A stretch of 14,953 nucleotides of DNA from Candidatus Micrarchaeia archaeon (GCA_038740245.1 JAVYLZ010000014.1:1-14953); one strand, 5' to 3'. Numbered from the stretch's first letter, positions 1 to 8,140 are shown. Notes: generated by a model not told the origin, from the letters alone. A program made the numbers and translations.

Positions 1-291
1 GTCGCGCAGCCCGCCCTTGATGTTGCCGAGCACTGCAAGGTCAACGCGCGTAAGCGGCTCCTCGGCCCAGATGTCAAGGTCGCGCAGCAGCGCGCGGCCC
101 TTGTCGGTGACGATGACCGGGCTGTTGCCTATTGCCGAGTGTATGTCAACATACCCCTTTATCTTCAGCGTGCCGAGCAGGTTTGCGGCCTCAAAGAACG
201 TGCTGCTTATCCTTGAGCCGAACCCCTCAACAGTAGTCTCAACATCAATGCGCTTGAGCAGCGCCACATCCATGAAATCAAATTCGCCCAC
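1..291 (-). CDS. Hypothetical protein, probable winged-helix domain(s); partial, runs off the left edge
   Basis: Manual translation from GTG 291 (alternative ATG 273): MGEFDFMDVALLKRIDVETTVEGFGSRISSTFFEAANLLGTLKIKGYVDIHSAIGNSPVIVTDKGRALLRDLDIWAEEPLTRVDLAVLGNIKGGLRD, open to base 1, with an in-frame TAA upstream at 309..307. The 'LGTLKIKGYV...VIVTDKGRALL' segment fits a wHTH recognition helix/wing pattern, and 'LTRVDLAVL' looks like the start of a second unit. Not in the ORF track. Confidence 0.8.
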   Translation of the reverse strand, partial: MGEFDFMDVALLKRIDVETTVEGFGSRISSTFFEAANLLGTLKIKGYVDIHSAIGNSPVIVTDKGRALLRDLDIWAEEPLTRVDLAVLGNIKGGLRD

Positions 292-312
292 GCAGGTAAT
301 TCTCGTTTAAGG

Positions 313-327
313 TTAAAAAGCTTTTTA
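313..327. promoter_or_regulatory. Putative divergent TATA region between the wHTH gene and aIF5B
   Basis: TTAAAAA at 313..319 lies -30..-24 from ATG 343. Perfect 14-bp palindrome TAAAAAGCTTTTTA at 314..327 supplies a mirror AT-rich element about 30-36 nt upstream of GTG 291. Confidence 0.55.
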
Positions 328-342
328 CGGCAGAAGTTAGCC

Positions 343-2109
343 ATGCCCATTATTCGGCAGCCAATTGTGGTGGTGATGGGCCACGTTGACCACGGGAAAA
401 CGATGCTGCTTGACTCCATCCGCAGCACCAGCGTGCACAAGCGCGAGAAGGGGGCAATCACCCAGCATATCGGCGCAAGCGAGGTGCCCGCGGAGGTGCT
501 CAGGGAAGTTGGCGGCCAGATGATGCAGAAAATGAACGTTGAGCTGCGCATCCCCGGGCTGCTGTTCATTGACACGCCGGGGCACGAGGCGTTCACAAAC
601 CTGCGCAAGCGCGGGGGCAGCATAGCCGACATTGCGGTGCTGGTCGTGGATTGCGCGCAGGGGTTCCAGCCGCAGACGCTTGAGGCAATAAGCATCCTGC
701 GCGAGTACAAGACGCCGTTCATAGTTGCAATGAATAAGATTGACCTGATTGACGGGTGGAAGCCGCAGAAGACAAAGTCAATACTTGAATCGCTTGCGGC
801 ACAGCCGCAGCAGGCCAGGGACAACCTTGAGGCCAAAACGTACGAGCTGGTCGGCAAGCTTGCAGAGAACGGGTTTAATGCAGACAGGTTTGACCGCGTC
901 AAGGACTACACAAAGGAGGTTGCAATAGTCCCGGTGAGCGCAAAAACGTGCGAGGGGCTGTCAGAGCTCCTGATAATGATAGCGGGGCTCGTGCAGAAGT
1001 TCCTTGAGGGCAACCTGCACATAGACCCGTCGGCCCCAGGGAGGGCAAGCATACTTGAGGTCAAGGACGAGCCAGGCCTCGGGAAAACGCTTGACTCAAT
1101 ACTTTACGACGGGACACTAAAGGTCGGCGACCATATAGCATTCGCCACAATGTCCGGCCCGAAGGTAACACGTGTGCGTGCAGTGCTCAGGCCCAAGCCG
1201 CTTGACGAGATGCGCGACCCGCGCGACAAGTTCACAAACTCATCATTTGTGAGTGCGGCCGCGGGCATAAAGGTCTCCGGCCCCGAGCTTGATGATGCAA
1301 TCCCGGGTTCTGCACTATTAGTGGTATCCGGTGAGAATGACCCAGCGATAGAAGAGCTCAACAAAGAGGTGTCGTCTATTCTGTCTTTCACACAGGGCGA
1401 CGGCGTTATAGTGAAGGCGGACACACTGGGCTCGCTTGAGGCGGCGATACGCCTGCTGACCACTGCGGGCATACGTGTGGGCAAGGTCGGCATAGGTGCC
1501 GTCTCCCGCAAGGATGTAATTGACTGCACCGCCGTGCGCGAGCACGAGAAAAACAATGCAGTCATCCTTGCCTTTAATGTGAAGGTGCCGCGCGATGTGG
1601 AGGCATACGCAAAGGACTGCAAAATACCCATATTCAGCGAAGGGGTAATCTACCTGCTCATAGAGAAATTCTTTGAATGGAGAAAGGAGATGGAGGAGCA
1701 GGACAAGCGCGATGTGTTCAACAAGCTCCAGCCAATATGCCGGCTTCGTGTGCTGCCCGGCTGCTGTTTCAGGGTGAGCAAGCCGGCCATATGCGGCGTT
1801 AAGATTGAAGTTGGGCGGCTGCGGGCCGGTGCAACGCTGATAGACGAGTCCGGCACGCAGATAGGCACGGTGCGGTCAATCCAGTCGGCAAAAGTGTCAG
1901 TTCCCGAGGCCAAGGAGGGCGATGAGGTCGCCCTGTCCGTTGATGATGCGGTGTATGGCAGGGACATATGCGAGGGCAAGCAGCTGATGACGTACGTGCC
2001 CAAGCAGGATGCGGACCTTTATACTGAGAAATACTCCAGCCACCTGTCCGAAGAGGAGCTTGCGCTGCTCGCACACATACTCAGGATAACGCGGCAGCGG
2101 CTGGTATAA
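343..2109 (+). CDS. infB: Archaeal translation initiation factor aIF5B (IF-2)
   Basis: 588 aa. Begins IRQPIVVVMGHVDHGKT (G1), then GAITQHIGA, LLFIDTPGHEAF (G3), NKID (G4), PVSA, LRPKPLDEMRDP and IVKADTLGSLEA. No long bacterial N-terminal extension. Confidence 0.98.
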   Translation: MPIIRQPIVVVMGHVDHGKTMLLDSIRSTSVHKREKGAITQHIGASEVPAEVLREVGGQMMQKMNVELRIPGLLFIDTPGHEAFTNLRKRGGSIADIAVLVVDCAQGFQPQTLEAISILREYKTPFIVAMNKIDLIDGWKPQKTKSILESLAAQPQQARDNLEAKTYELVGKLAENGFNADRFDRVKDYTKEVAIVPVSAKTCEGLSELLIMIAGLVQKFLEGNLHIDPSAPGRASILEVKDEPGLGKTLDSILYDGTLKVGDHIAFATMSGPKVTRVRAVLRPKPLDEMRDPRDKFTNSSFVSAAAGIKVSGPELDDAIPGSALLVVSGENDPAIEELNKEVSSILSFTQGDGVIVKADTLGSLEAAIRLLTTAGIRVGKVGIGAVSRKDVIDCTAVREHEKNNAVILAFNVKVPRDVEAYAKDCKIPIFSEGVIYLLIEKFFEWRKEMEEQDKRDVFNKLQPICRLRVLPGCCFRVSKPAICGVKIEVGRLRAGATLIDESGTQIGTVRSIQSAKVSVPEAKEGDEVALSVDDAVYGRDICEGKQLMTYVPKQDADLYTEKYSSHLSEEELALLAHILRITRQRLV

Positions 2110-2145
2110 ATGCCAATAATCGCAAAAAGCGGTGTGATTGAATGA
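2110..2145 (+). other. Possible 11-aa bridging mini-ORF (MPIIAKSGVIE)
   Basis: ATG 2110 directly follows the aIF5B TAA (2107..2109). Its TGA (2143..2145) overlaps the next ATG (2142) as ATGA. Translation is unproven. Confidence 0.25.
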
Positions 2146-4097
2146 GATTATGTTTTGCCGTATGGCTTGCACTCATTGTAGCGCTTTGTGCACCCACATA
2201 TGCGCTTGGGCTGTCGCTTGTTGGCGAGTACAAAACGGAGATGGGCCCGCTGATGGGCGTGTTTGCCAGTGAGGAGGGCATATTTTTGGCGAGCGACCGC
2301 CAGAACACAGTAATCAGGTATTCAATAGAGGAAGGCAAGCTCAAGAAGAATGGCACATTTGGCGGCGGCGACAAGCCGGATTCAATGGGCGCGCCCGTTG
2401 ATTTTTGGGTTGACGGCGGATACCTGTACGTGCTTGACATCAGCGGCTACCCGCACATATTCAACACAACCACGCGCGAGCTTGAGTACAGGGTCGACAG
2501 CGGGACAATAATCCCACAGCATGGCAGTGCGATTTCAGTGCTGGACGGCATGATTCTAATCGCTGATAAGGAAAGGGGCAGCGTGCTTATCGCATCTGAG
2601 TATGCGCCCGGCAAGTATGCGCTTAACCGCTCAATCAACCCGTCATACATGGGTCCGCTGGTGCCAGCGCTTGCCTCGCCGGAGGACATTTACGTTTACA
2701 ACCGCACGATATTCATTGCGGATGCCGGCAACCAGCGGGTCCAGGTGTACAGCTCTGGCATAAACTACACGGGCTTTTACGGAGGTACAAATGCGCCTGC
2801 CGGCTACTGGATAGGCTACCCGTACAGGATTGCTGTTGATTCAAGGTATTTGTATGTCGTGCCGTACGGCGGGGATTCAATTATTGCGGTTTCGCGCGAA
2901 AGCGGAAAGATTGTTGCTGAGTTTAGAGGTTCTTCCTACGGGTTCGGCGATATAACCGGGATATGCGAGCATGGCGGGAAGCTTTATGTGGCGCTCGGCT
3001 CTGAGGAAAAGCTGCTGATATTCAGCATAAGGCAGTATGAAAACCTTACGTACGATGAGGCATACGCTGCATATTCGGCGTATGCGGCTTCCGTGGAGCG
3101 CTACTGCGAAATCAGTGCGCTGTCAAAAGACCTCTCGCTTGAGCTGCCAACATCATGCAGCAGGTGGCGGGCCCGCCTTGCAGATGCGAAGGCGCTGCTT
3201 GACCAAGGGGATTATGACAGCGCGTATGAGGAAAGCATTGATGATAGTCAATCGCTTGCAAAAGACCTTATGGAAGTTGATACGGGGGTTCGAAGTGAGC
3301 TTACTGAAAAGCATGCTGCGCTTTTGAAGGATGCAGGCAAGCTTGCGCAGGCAGCTGGCTCCGCGCACAGGGAGGAAATGGATACGATACTTGCCCTGCT
3401 TTCGCAGGCAAACTCAAGCATACACGCGGGCAATTACACGTCGGCCAACGTAAACATTAAGGAGGCATCGGTGCGCATAAGCTCGCTTGCAAATGCATTG
3501 GGTGAAACCAGTGCCGCCGATGCCGAGCTGCTTGCACAGTATTCGGAGCGCATTGGCGCCCTTGCCAGGAGGCACGGTGATATGCGCGCATTTGCGGAAT
3601 CCTGCGGCATGGGCAACCTGTCAGCAGAGGCATCTGCGAGGATTGCGGAGGCGCGCAGCGCAGTTGAGGCGGGCAGCGTAAGCTTGGCGCGCGAGAGGGT
3701 GGCCGCACTTGAGGAAACGATGGCAGGGTTTGAGGATGAGTATTCAGTGCGCCTTTCAGCCGCAAATTTGGCAAACGGCACGATTGCACGTGCACGGGAC
3801 ATAATTCTGGCGACGCGTGCAGGTGCGCTGCCGTTTTTTGAGCCAAATTATACGGCTGCTGAGGAATCACTGGAGATCGCATCCGGCATGCTTTGCACAA
3901 GCCCGCAGGAGGCGAAGGCGCTTGCAGAGAAGGCGCTTGCGCAGGTTGAGGCGGAGAGCAAATCATACGAGGATACTAAGCTTATGCTGCAGTTTGTTGT
4001 CGGCACACTGGTGTTTGTTGTAGTGGTGCTGGTGCTGTTTGGCACTGGTGTGCGCAACATACTGAAAATACTTGATGGGATGGGCAAGAGAAAATAA
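2142..4097 (+). CDS. Exported NHL-repeat beta-propeller protein with helical stalk and C-terminal membrane anchor
   Basis: 651 aa. Signal peptide (MRLCFAVWLALIVALCAPTYA); NHL-like blades (SPEDIYVYNRTIFIADAGNQRVQVY, YPYRIAVDSRYLYV, APVDFWVDGGYLYVLD); Ala/Glu-rich helical region; TM helix LMLQFVVGTLVFVVVVLVLFG with basic tail GKRK; many N-x-S/T sequons; GGTGTGA SD-like element upstream. Confidence 0.85.
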   Translation: MRLCFAVWLALIVALCAPTYALGLSLVGEYKTEMGPLMGVFASEEGIFLASDRQNTVIRYSIEEGKLKKNGTFGGGDKPDSMGAPVDFWVDGGYLYVLDISGYPHIFNTTTRELEYRVDSGTIIPQHGSAISVLDGMILIADKERGSVLIASEYAPGKYALNRSINPSYMGPLVPALASPEDIYVYNRTIFIADAGNQRVQVYSSGINYTGFYGGTNAPAGYWIGYPYRIAVDSRYLYVVPYGGDSIIAVSRESGKIVAEFRGSSYGFGDITGICEHGGKLYVALGSEEKLLIFSIRQYENLTYDEAYAAYSAYAASVERYCEISALSKDLSLELPTSCSRWRARLADAKALLDQGDYDSAYEESIDDSQSLAKDLMEVDTGVRSELTEKHAALLKDAGKLAQAAGSAHREEMDTILALLSQANSSIHAGNYTSANVNIKEASVRISSLANALGETSAADAELLAQYSERIGALARRHGDMRAFAESCGMGNLSAEASARIAEARSAVEAGSVSLARERVAALEETMAGFEDEYSVRLSAANLANGTIARARDIILATRAGALPFFEPNYTAAEESLEIASGMLCTSPQEAKALAEKALAQVEAESKSYEDTKLMLQFVVGTLVFVVVVLVLFGTGVRNILKILDGMGKRK

Positions 4098-4135
4098 TAA
4101 TGGGAGGCCGAAAAAGCAGGCAAATGCCCATTTAT
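4096..4135. terminator. Possible terminator between convergent genes
   Basis: 34-bp gap with an imperfect inverted repeat (AATAATGGG...CCCATTTATT) and an A5 run at 4111..4115 (T5 on the minus strand). Confidence 0.3.
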
Positions 4136-4695
4136 TCTGAAGGTTCAGGCAGGCGTACGGAAATTATTGCAGGGTCCCTTGCACGCACCGTTACGGAAAC
4201 CGACTGCCCCTCGGCATTCGTGAATTGGACTGCCCAGTCCTCGCCTGCTTTTTGGGCCTTTGCGGTTATGCCCGTGCCGTCTCCTATGAACCTCTTTACA
4301 TCCTCAGAGCCGGCAAGCGTGTGCGCGGCTATAATTGCCTCTTCCTCTCCTGTTATTATGCAGTTGCCCTGGCACTTGTAGGTGCAGTCCCTCACTATAT
4401 AGCTTGTGACGCCGGTCTCATACCCGTAGTCCGGGTACTTGTACTTAAGCCGCATCCGCACGGGGCACACTGAAGTGTAGTTGAATGTTACGCGCACGCA
4501 GGTGATGTTGGTGTCGCCTACCTGCTCGCGGCTTTCAATCTCAATTATGTCCGCAGTGGGGTATTTGGCCTGCGCATCCTTTATGATTGCCTGCTCAAAG
4601 CTTATCTGGTCTATCACTTCCGGCTTGTTGATGCATCCCGCCAACAGTGCCAGAAGCACTGTACTTGCCACCAAGAGCATTAAGGTCTTATTCAT
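4132..4695 (-). CDS. Putative lipoprotein, Cys-rich, unknown function
   Basis: 187 aa from ATG 4695: MNKTLMLLVASTVLLALLAGC is a signal peptide with a LAGC lipobox. Preceded by GGGAGGG (SD-like) inside the rfcS 3' end and overlaps rfcS by 8 nt. Five further Cys (TCV, VCP, DCTYKCQGNC). The track start at 4716 is probably too long. Confidence 0.8.
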   Translation of the reverse strand: MNKTLMLLVASTVLLALLAGCINKPEVIDQISFEQAIIKDAQAKYPTADIIEIESREQVGDTNITCVRVTFNYTSVCPVRMRLKYKYPDYGYETGVTSYIVRDCTYKCQGNCIITGEEEAIIAAHTLAGSEDVKRFIGDGTGITAKAQKAGEDWAVQFTNAEGQSVSVTVRARDPAIISVRLPEPSE

Positions 4696-5668
4696 TGTTG
4701 TTCGCCCTCCCTTCAAGCGTTATCTGCGCCAGCAGCGCCGTGACCTGTATGCGCTCATCAGCGCCCTCAGAAAGCCTGAAATTGTATTCCCCGATGCGGT
4801 CAACCAGGCGCACCTTGGCCATATCCGGCAGTGCCATACGCACAATTTCGGAATACATCTGGTCCAGCACATCCTGCCCGCTCATCCCGTAGCCCACCAT
4901 CACCTTCTCAAGCATCCTGCGTGCCTCTGAAAACTCACCGCCGTATGCCTTCTGTATAATCTCCGCAATCTCCTTTGGCTTGGCCTTTGCGGCCAGCGAG
5001 TATATCTGCTTGTCGGTGATTTTTTTGGAATGCAGGGACGCGCTCTGAAGCAGGTTGACCGTGCGCCTCAGGTCGCCTTCACAAACCTCAACAAGCGCAT
5101 CAATCGCCTCCTTAGTGATTGAAATGTCCTCCTTTTTGGAAATATGCTCAACCATCCTGTGTATGTCTTCCGGCTCAAGTGAAGTGAACCTGAATATCGC
5201 GCACCTGCTCTGGATCGGCTCAATGATTTTTGAGGAGTAGTTGCATGAAAGGATAAACCTGGTTACACCGGAATACATTTCCATTGTCCTGCGGAGCGCA
5301 TTCTGTGCATCTGCGGTAAGCGCATCCGCCTCATCAAGGAATATTATCTTGAACGGCACCTTTGCTATGGGCACCGAGCGCGCAAAGTCCTTTATCTTGC
5401 CGCGCACTATGTCAATGCCCCTCTCATCGCTTGCGTTGAGCTCCAGGAAACTGTCCCTGTAGTTCTCGCCGAATATCTCGCGCGCAAGCGCAATGGCGGC
5501 AGTGGTCTTGCCAACGCCGGCAGGCCCAGCAAACAGCAGGTTTGGCAGGTTCTTTTCCTTAACATACGCGGAAAGCCGCTCAACAACGTGCTTTTGGCCC
5601 ATTATTTCAGAAACCTTTTGCGGCCTGTATTTCTCCGTCCAGGGCACGTACCTGCCATCATCTTCCAT
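4688..5668 (-). CDS. rfcS: Replication factor C small subunit (clamp loader)
   Basis: PWTEKYRP, Walker A GPAGVGKTT, LELNASDERGID, Walker B IIFLDEAD, AQNALRRTME, IQSRC (SRC motif), GDLR. ATG 5668 (326 aa) chosen from family length and the promoter spacing; ATG 5692 is an alternative. Confidence 0.97.
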   Translation of the reverse strand: MEDDGRYVPWTEKYRPQKVSEIMGQKHVVERLSAYVKEKNLPNLLFAGPAGVGKTTAAIALAREIFGENYRDSFLELNASDERGIDIVRGKIKDFARSVPIAKVPFKIIFLDEADALTADAQNALRRTMEMYSGVTRFILSCNYSSKIIEPIQSRCAIFRFTSLEPEDIHRMVEHISKKEDISITKEAIDALVEVCEGDLRRTVNLLQSASLHSKKITDKQIYSLAAKAKPKEIAEIIQKAYGGEFSEARRMLEKVMVGYGMSGQDVLDQMYSEIVRMALPDMAKVRLVDRIGEYNFRLSEGADERIQVTALLAQITLEGRANNNE

Positions 5669-5697
5669 GCTCTTATTAAGCCCTGAAAGCATTTTAA
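5669..5697 (-). promoter_or_regulatory. Putative leaderless promoter of rfcS
   Basis: TTAAAAT at -29..-23 and GCTTAA at -13..-8 relative to ATG 5668. Confidence 0.5.
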
Positions 5698-5731
5698 CTT
5701 GAGTCCCGCCGTAATGCCCTCCCTCGCATCT

Positions 5732-5770
5732 CAAAAACTTTATAAACCTGCTAACTGCCTAAAACCTGCA
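5732..5770 (+). promoter_or_regulatory. BRE/TATA promoter for the downstream surface protein
   Basis: CAAAAAC followed by TTTATAAA (5739..5746) is a canonical archaeal BRE-TATA arrangement. GCCTAA at 5757..5762; GGGGTG SD-like element at 5777..5782. Confidence 0.65.
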
Positions 5771-5788
5771 CTGATAGGGGTGTATGGA

Positions 5789-6874
5789 TTGAAATCGCTT
5801 AAGCCGGAAAAGATGAAGCATGATCATACAGAGGCGGCAGGCCGCAATGCGAATGCGTTCAGGGACATGTTTGAGAAGGTGGCGCGCAGGGCAAAGGCGG
5901 CCGCAGGTGCGGCTGCACTGGGCGCGGCAATCGCGCTTGCACCGTCATGCAGCGGCAGGATGGACCTGAGCCAGTATGAGGCAACAGATTCAATTGAGGT
6001 TCCCGATAATGAGGCAATCCCGCAGTGCGTCCCAAACACAAAGGTGGCATACCGCGCAGTTGTAAGCATCGGCGGCGTTGAGAAAAATGTTGCCGAAGGC
6101 GACAGTGTAGATATTGAGGGCACCAGATTTACTGTATCTTTCAGGGATGATGGCACACTGGTGCTCACCGACCCGCGCGGCAAGCCGTATGAAGTTGGGG
6201 ACGGCGCCTATGTTTTGGACACGCTTGTTGAGGTTGTGGACCGCTCAACCGATTTGCTTGCCTACGAGAGCAGGGTGCTCGCATCCGTCTCTGCAGGCCA
6301 GTCCACCGTGCATCTGATACTTGGCCGCAATCAGGAGGGCCAGCACACGGTAGGTGGCGTTAGCGTCAAGGTAATCACCGGTGAAATTGAATCGTGGGAT
6401 TATGCGGGCGATTTTGTGCCTGTAAGCGTGGTCGCATCATTGAACGGCGAGGAGTATGGCGTTGCGGGGATGCTTGCACGCGAAAACCGCCTGGACTCCA
6501 CCACGCCCGCCGGCGAGCTTGCTATTGAGGCAAGGGAGTTTGTGATAGAACAGTTCCCGGCCAAGGGTGTTGATGCCTGCGACAGGACAAGCGTGGTCGC
6601 ATACATAAGCACCGAGCCAAATACAGTGAGTACAGCGGAGGAGGGCAGCACGATTGCACTTGCAAACGGTGCATCAGTCAGGCTTGAGAAGGTGTTCCCG
6701 ACCGTTGAGGGCAAGGTTGCGGCAGTTGAGCTCTCATGGGTTGCGGGCGGCAAGCGTGAGCACAGGACACTGCTGGCCGGCGAAACGCTTTCAGTTGAAA
6801 ACGAGAATGGCGCTGCATCAGTGGAATTTTTGGGCGCAACGTTCCAGACCAATCCGACAACAATGCAGCCCTGA
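5789..6874 (+). CDS. Putative exported/lipid-anchored acidic beta-rich protein (S-layer-like), unknown function
   Basis: Long ORF with genome-typical codons. Start uncertain: TTG 5789 follows GGGGTG; ATG 5813 and GTG 5780 are alternatives; the track start 5699 lies upstream of the TATA box. Charged N-region, then RRAKAAAGAAALGAAIALAPSC (hydrophobic segment ending in Cys), then a Val/Gly/Glu-rich beta-strand-like body. Confidence 0.7.
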   Translation: MKSLKPEKMKHDHTEAAGRNANAFRDMFEKVARRAKAAAGAAALGAAIALAPSCSGRMDLSQYEATDSIEVPDNEAIPQCVPNTKVAYRAVVSIGGVEKNVAEGDSVDIEGTRFTVSFRDDGTLVLTDPRGKPYEVGDGAYVLDTLVEVVDRSTDLLAYESRVLASVSAGQSTVHLILGRNQEGQHTVGGVSVKVITGEIESWDYAGDFVPVSVVASLNGEEYGVAGMLARENRLDSTTPAGELAIEAREFVIEQFPAKGVDACDRTSVVAYISTEPNTVSTAEEGSTIALANGASVRLEKVFPTVEGKVAAVELSWVAGGKREHRTLLAGETLSVENENGAASVEFLGATFQTNPTTMQP

Positions 6875-6889
6875 CTTGAATTTTATCCC

Positions 6890-8140
6890 CTAATTTACTA
6901 ATTCCCCTTTTATGTATGCAACGCCGGCGCTTGTTATCCGCACCCTTGCAGTTGTGCCTATCCCAATGCCCGGTTCATCCACAACAACCTGCTTGTAGTA
7001 TTCATTCCTGCCTGCAACCGTTTTAACCTTCTCAAGGAATGTTGCAGTACACGTGCGCCCAACCCACCGCCGGTTTCTTGCCAGCGACAGCGAATCGCAC
7101 AGTGCACTAAGCCCCGCACTTCTAGCATTGATTGCTGCACGTGGCACCTGCTTCAGTGAAGCGGCAGGCGTGCCCGGCCGCCTGCTATATTTTGAGATGT
7201 TTGTTGTGTCCGGCTGCACCTTTTTGCACAGCTCAACACTCGCCTCAAAATCATCATCGCTTTCGCCAGGGAACCCCACTATGATGTCATTCATTATGCT
7301 TGCATCGGCATCCCTGCGTATCTCGCGCACAATGCCAAGGTATTCATCAACGGTATTGCCTCTGCCCATCGCTTTAAGTATCGCGTCAGAGCCGCTTTGT
7401 GCTGGTATATGGTAAAACTTGTAAAAAATCGGGCTGCTGCGCATTATGTCTATTGCTTCCATCTGCAATAACAGGTGCTTCGGGTTCATCATCCCAACAC
7501 GTATCTTTAGCGGCAGGTCTAGCTCGGCAATTGCTGCAAGGAGCTTGCTGAGCGAGGTTCCCTTGTCAATGCCGTAGGCACCCATATCCTGCGACGTGAG
7601 GCGCACCTCTTTAACACCTGCCCTGCACGCATCCTTCACCTGCTGCACTATCCGCTCCACAGGCACGCTTTTTATGCCGGGCCGTGCAAGCCGCGTGAAG
7701 CAGTATGTGCACGCACCTGTGCATCCGTCTGCCGCAGCAATCACTGCAATCGGCGGCCTGAACTTATAGCACATAGACCATTTGTCGGTATGCCCTAGGT
7801 ATTCAGTTGCCCTTCCAGCCATTGCATCTGCCGCCCCACTGCATATACTTCCCAGTGCATATGTGCCCACGAGTACTGCATGCGGCGCAAATTTGCGTAC
7901 CATTAATGGGGCGCCCGAAGCAAGGCAGCCGCACACAACAAGCGGCTTGCGCACCGACTTAATCACGTTTATTATGCGCTTTTCGGTTGCATCTTTGACA
8001 CCGCAAGTGTTGATTACCACGAAGTCCGCATCTTCAGCGCTTTTCACTTCGGTGTGCCCGCACTTTAGAAGCTGGGCGCGCATAAGCTCTGAATCGTGTG
8101 CGTTAAGCGTGCACCCGTACGTGCGCAGGTAAAACCTCAT
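6890..8140 (-). CDS. mtaB: tRNA t6A37 methylthiotransferase, archaeal MiaB-like (MtaB/CDKAL1-type) radical SAM enzyme
   Basis: 416 aa. UPF0004 N-domain with three Cys (TYGCTLN, INTCGVK, VCGCL), radical SAM CxxxCxxC (CTGACTYC), SQDMGAYG, IRVGMMNP, HIPAQSGSD, DIIVGFPGE, YSRRPGT, and a C-terminal TRAM-like domain. RVGMMNP is typical of the archaeal/eukaryotic subfamily. Confidence 0.9.
   Translation of the reverse strand: MRFYLRTYGCTLNAHDSELMRAQLLKCGHTEVKSAEDADFVVINTCGVKDATEKRIINVIKSVRKPLVVCGCLASGAPLMVRKFAPHAVLVGTYALGSICSGAADAMAGRATEYLGHTDKWSMCYKFRPPIAVIAAADGCTGACTYCFTRLARPGIKSVPVERIVQQVKDACRAGVKEVRLTSQDMGAYGIDKGTSLSKLLAAIAELDLPLKIRVGMMNPKHLLLQMEAIDIMRSSPIFYKFYHIPAQSGSDAILKAMGRGNTVDEYLGIVREIRRDADASIMNDIIVGFPGESDDDFEASVELCKKVQPDTTNISKYSRRPGTPAASLKQVPRAAINARSAGLSALCDSLSLARNRRWVGRTCTATFLEKVKTVAGRNEYYKQVVVDEPGIGIGTTARVRITSAGVAYIKGELVN

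Noticed and set aside
5699..5734. Apparent head-to-head overlap of rfcS (track start 5734) and the 5699 ORF
   Set aside because: Artefact of longest-ORF calling; promoter positions and family alignment put the starts at about 5668 and 5789/5813.
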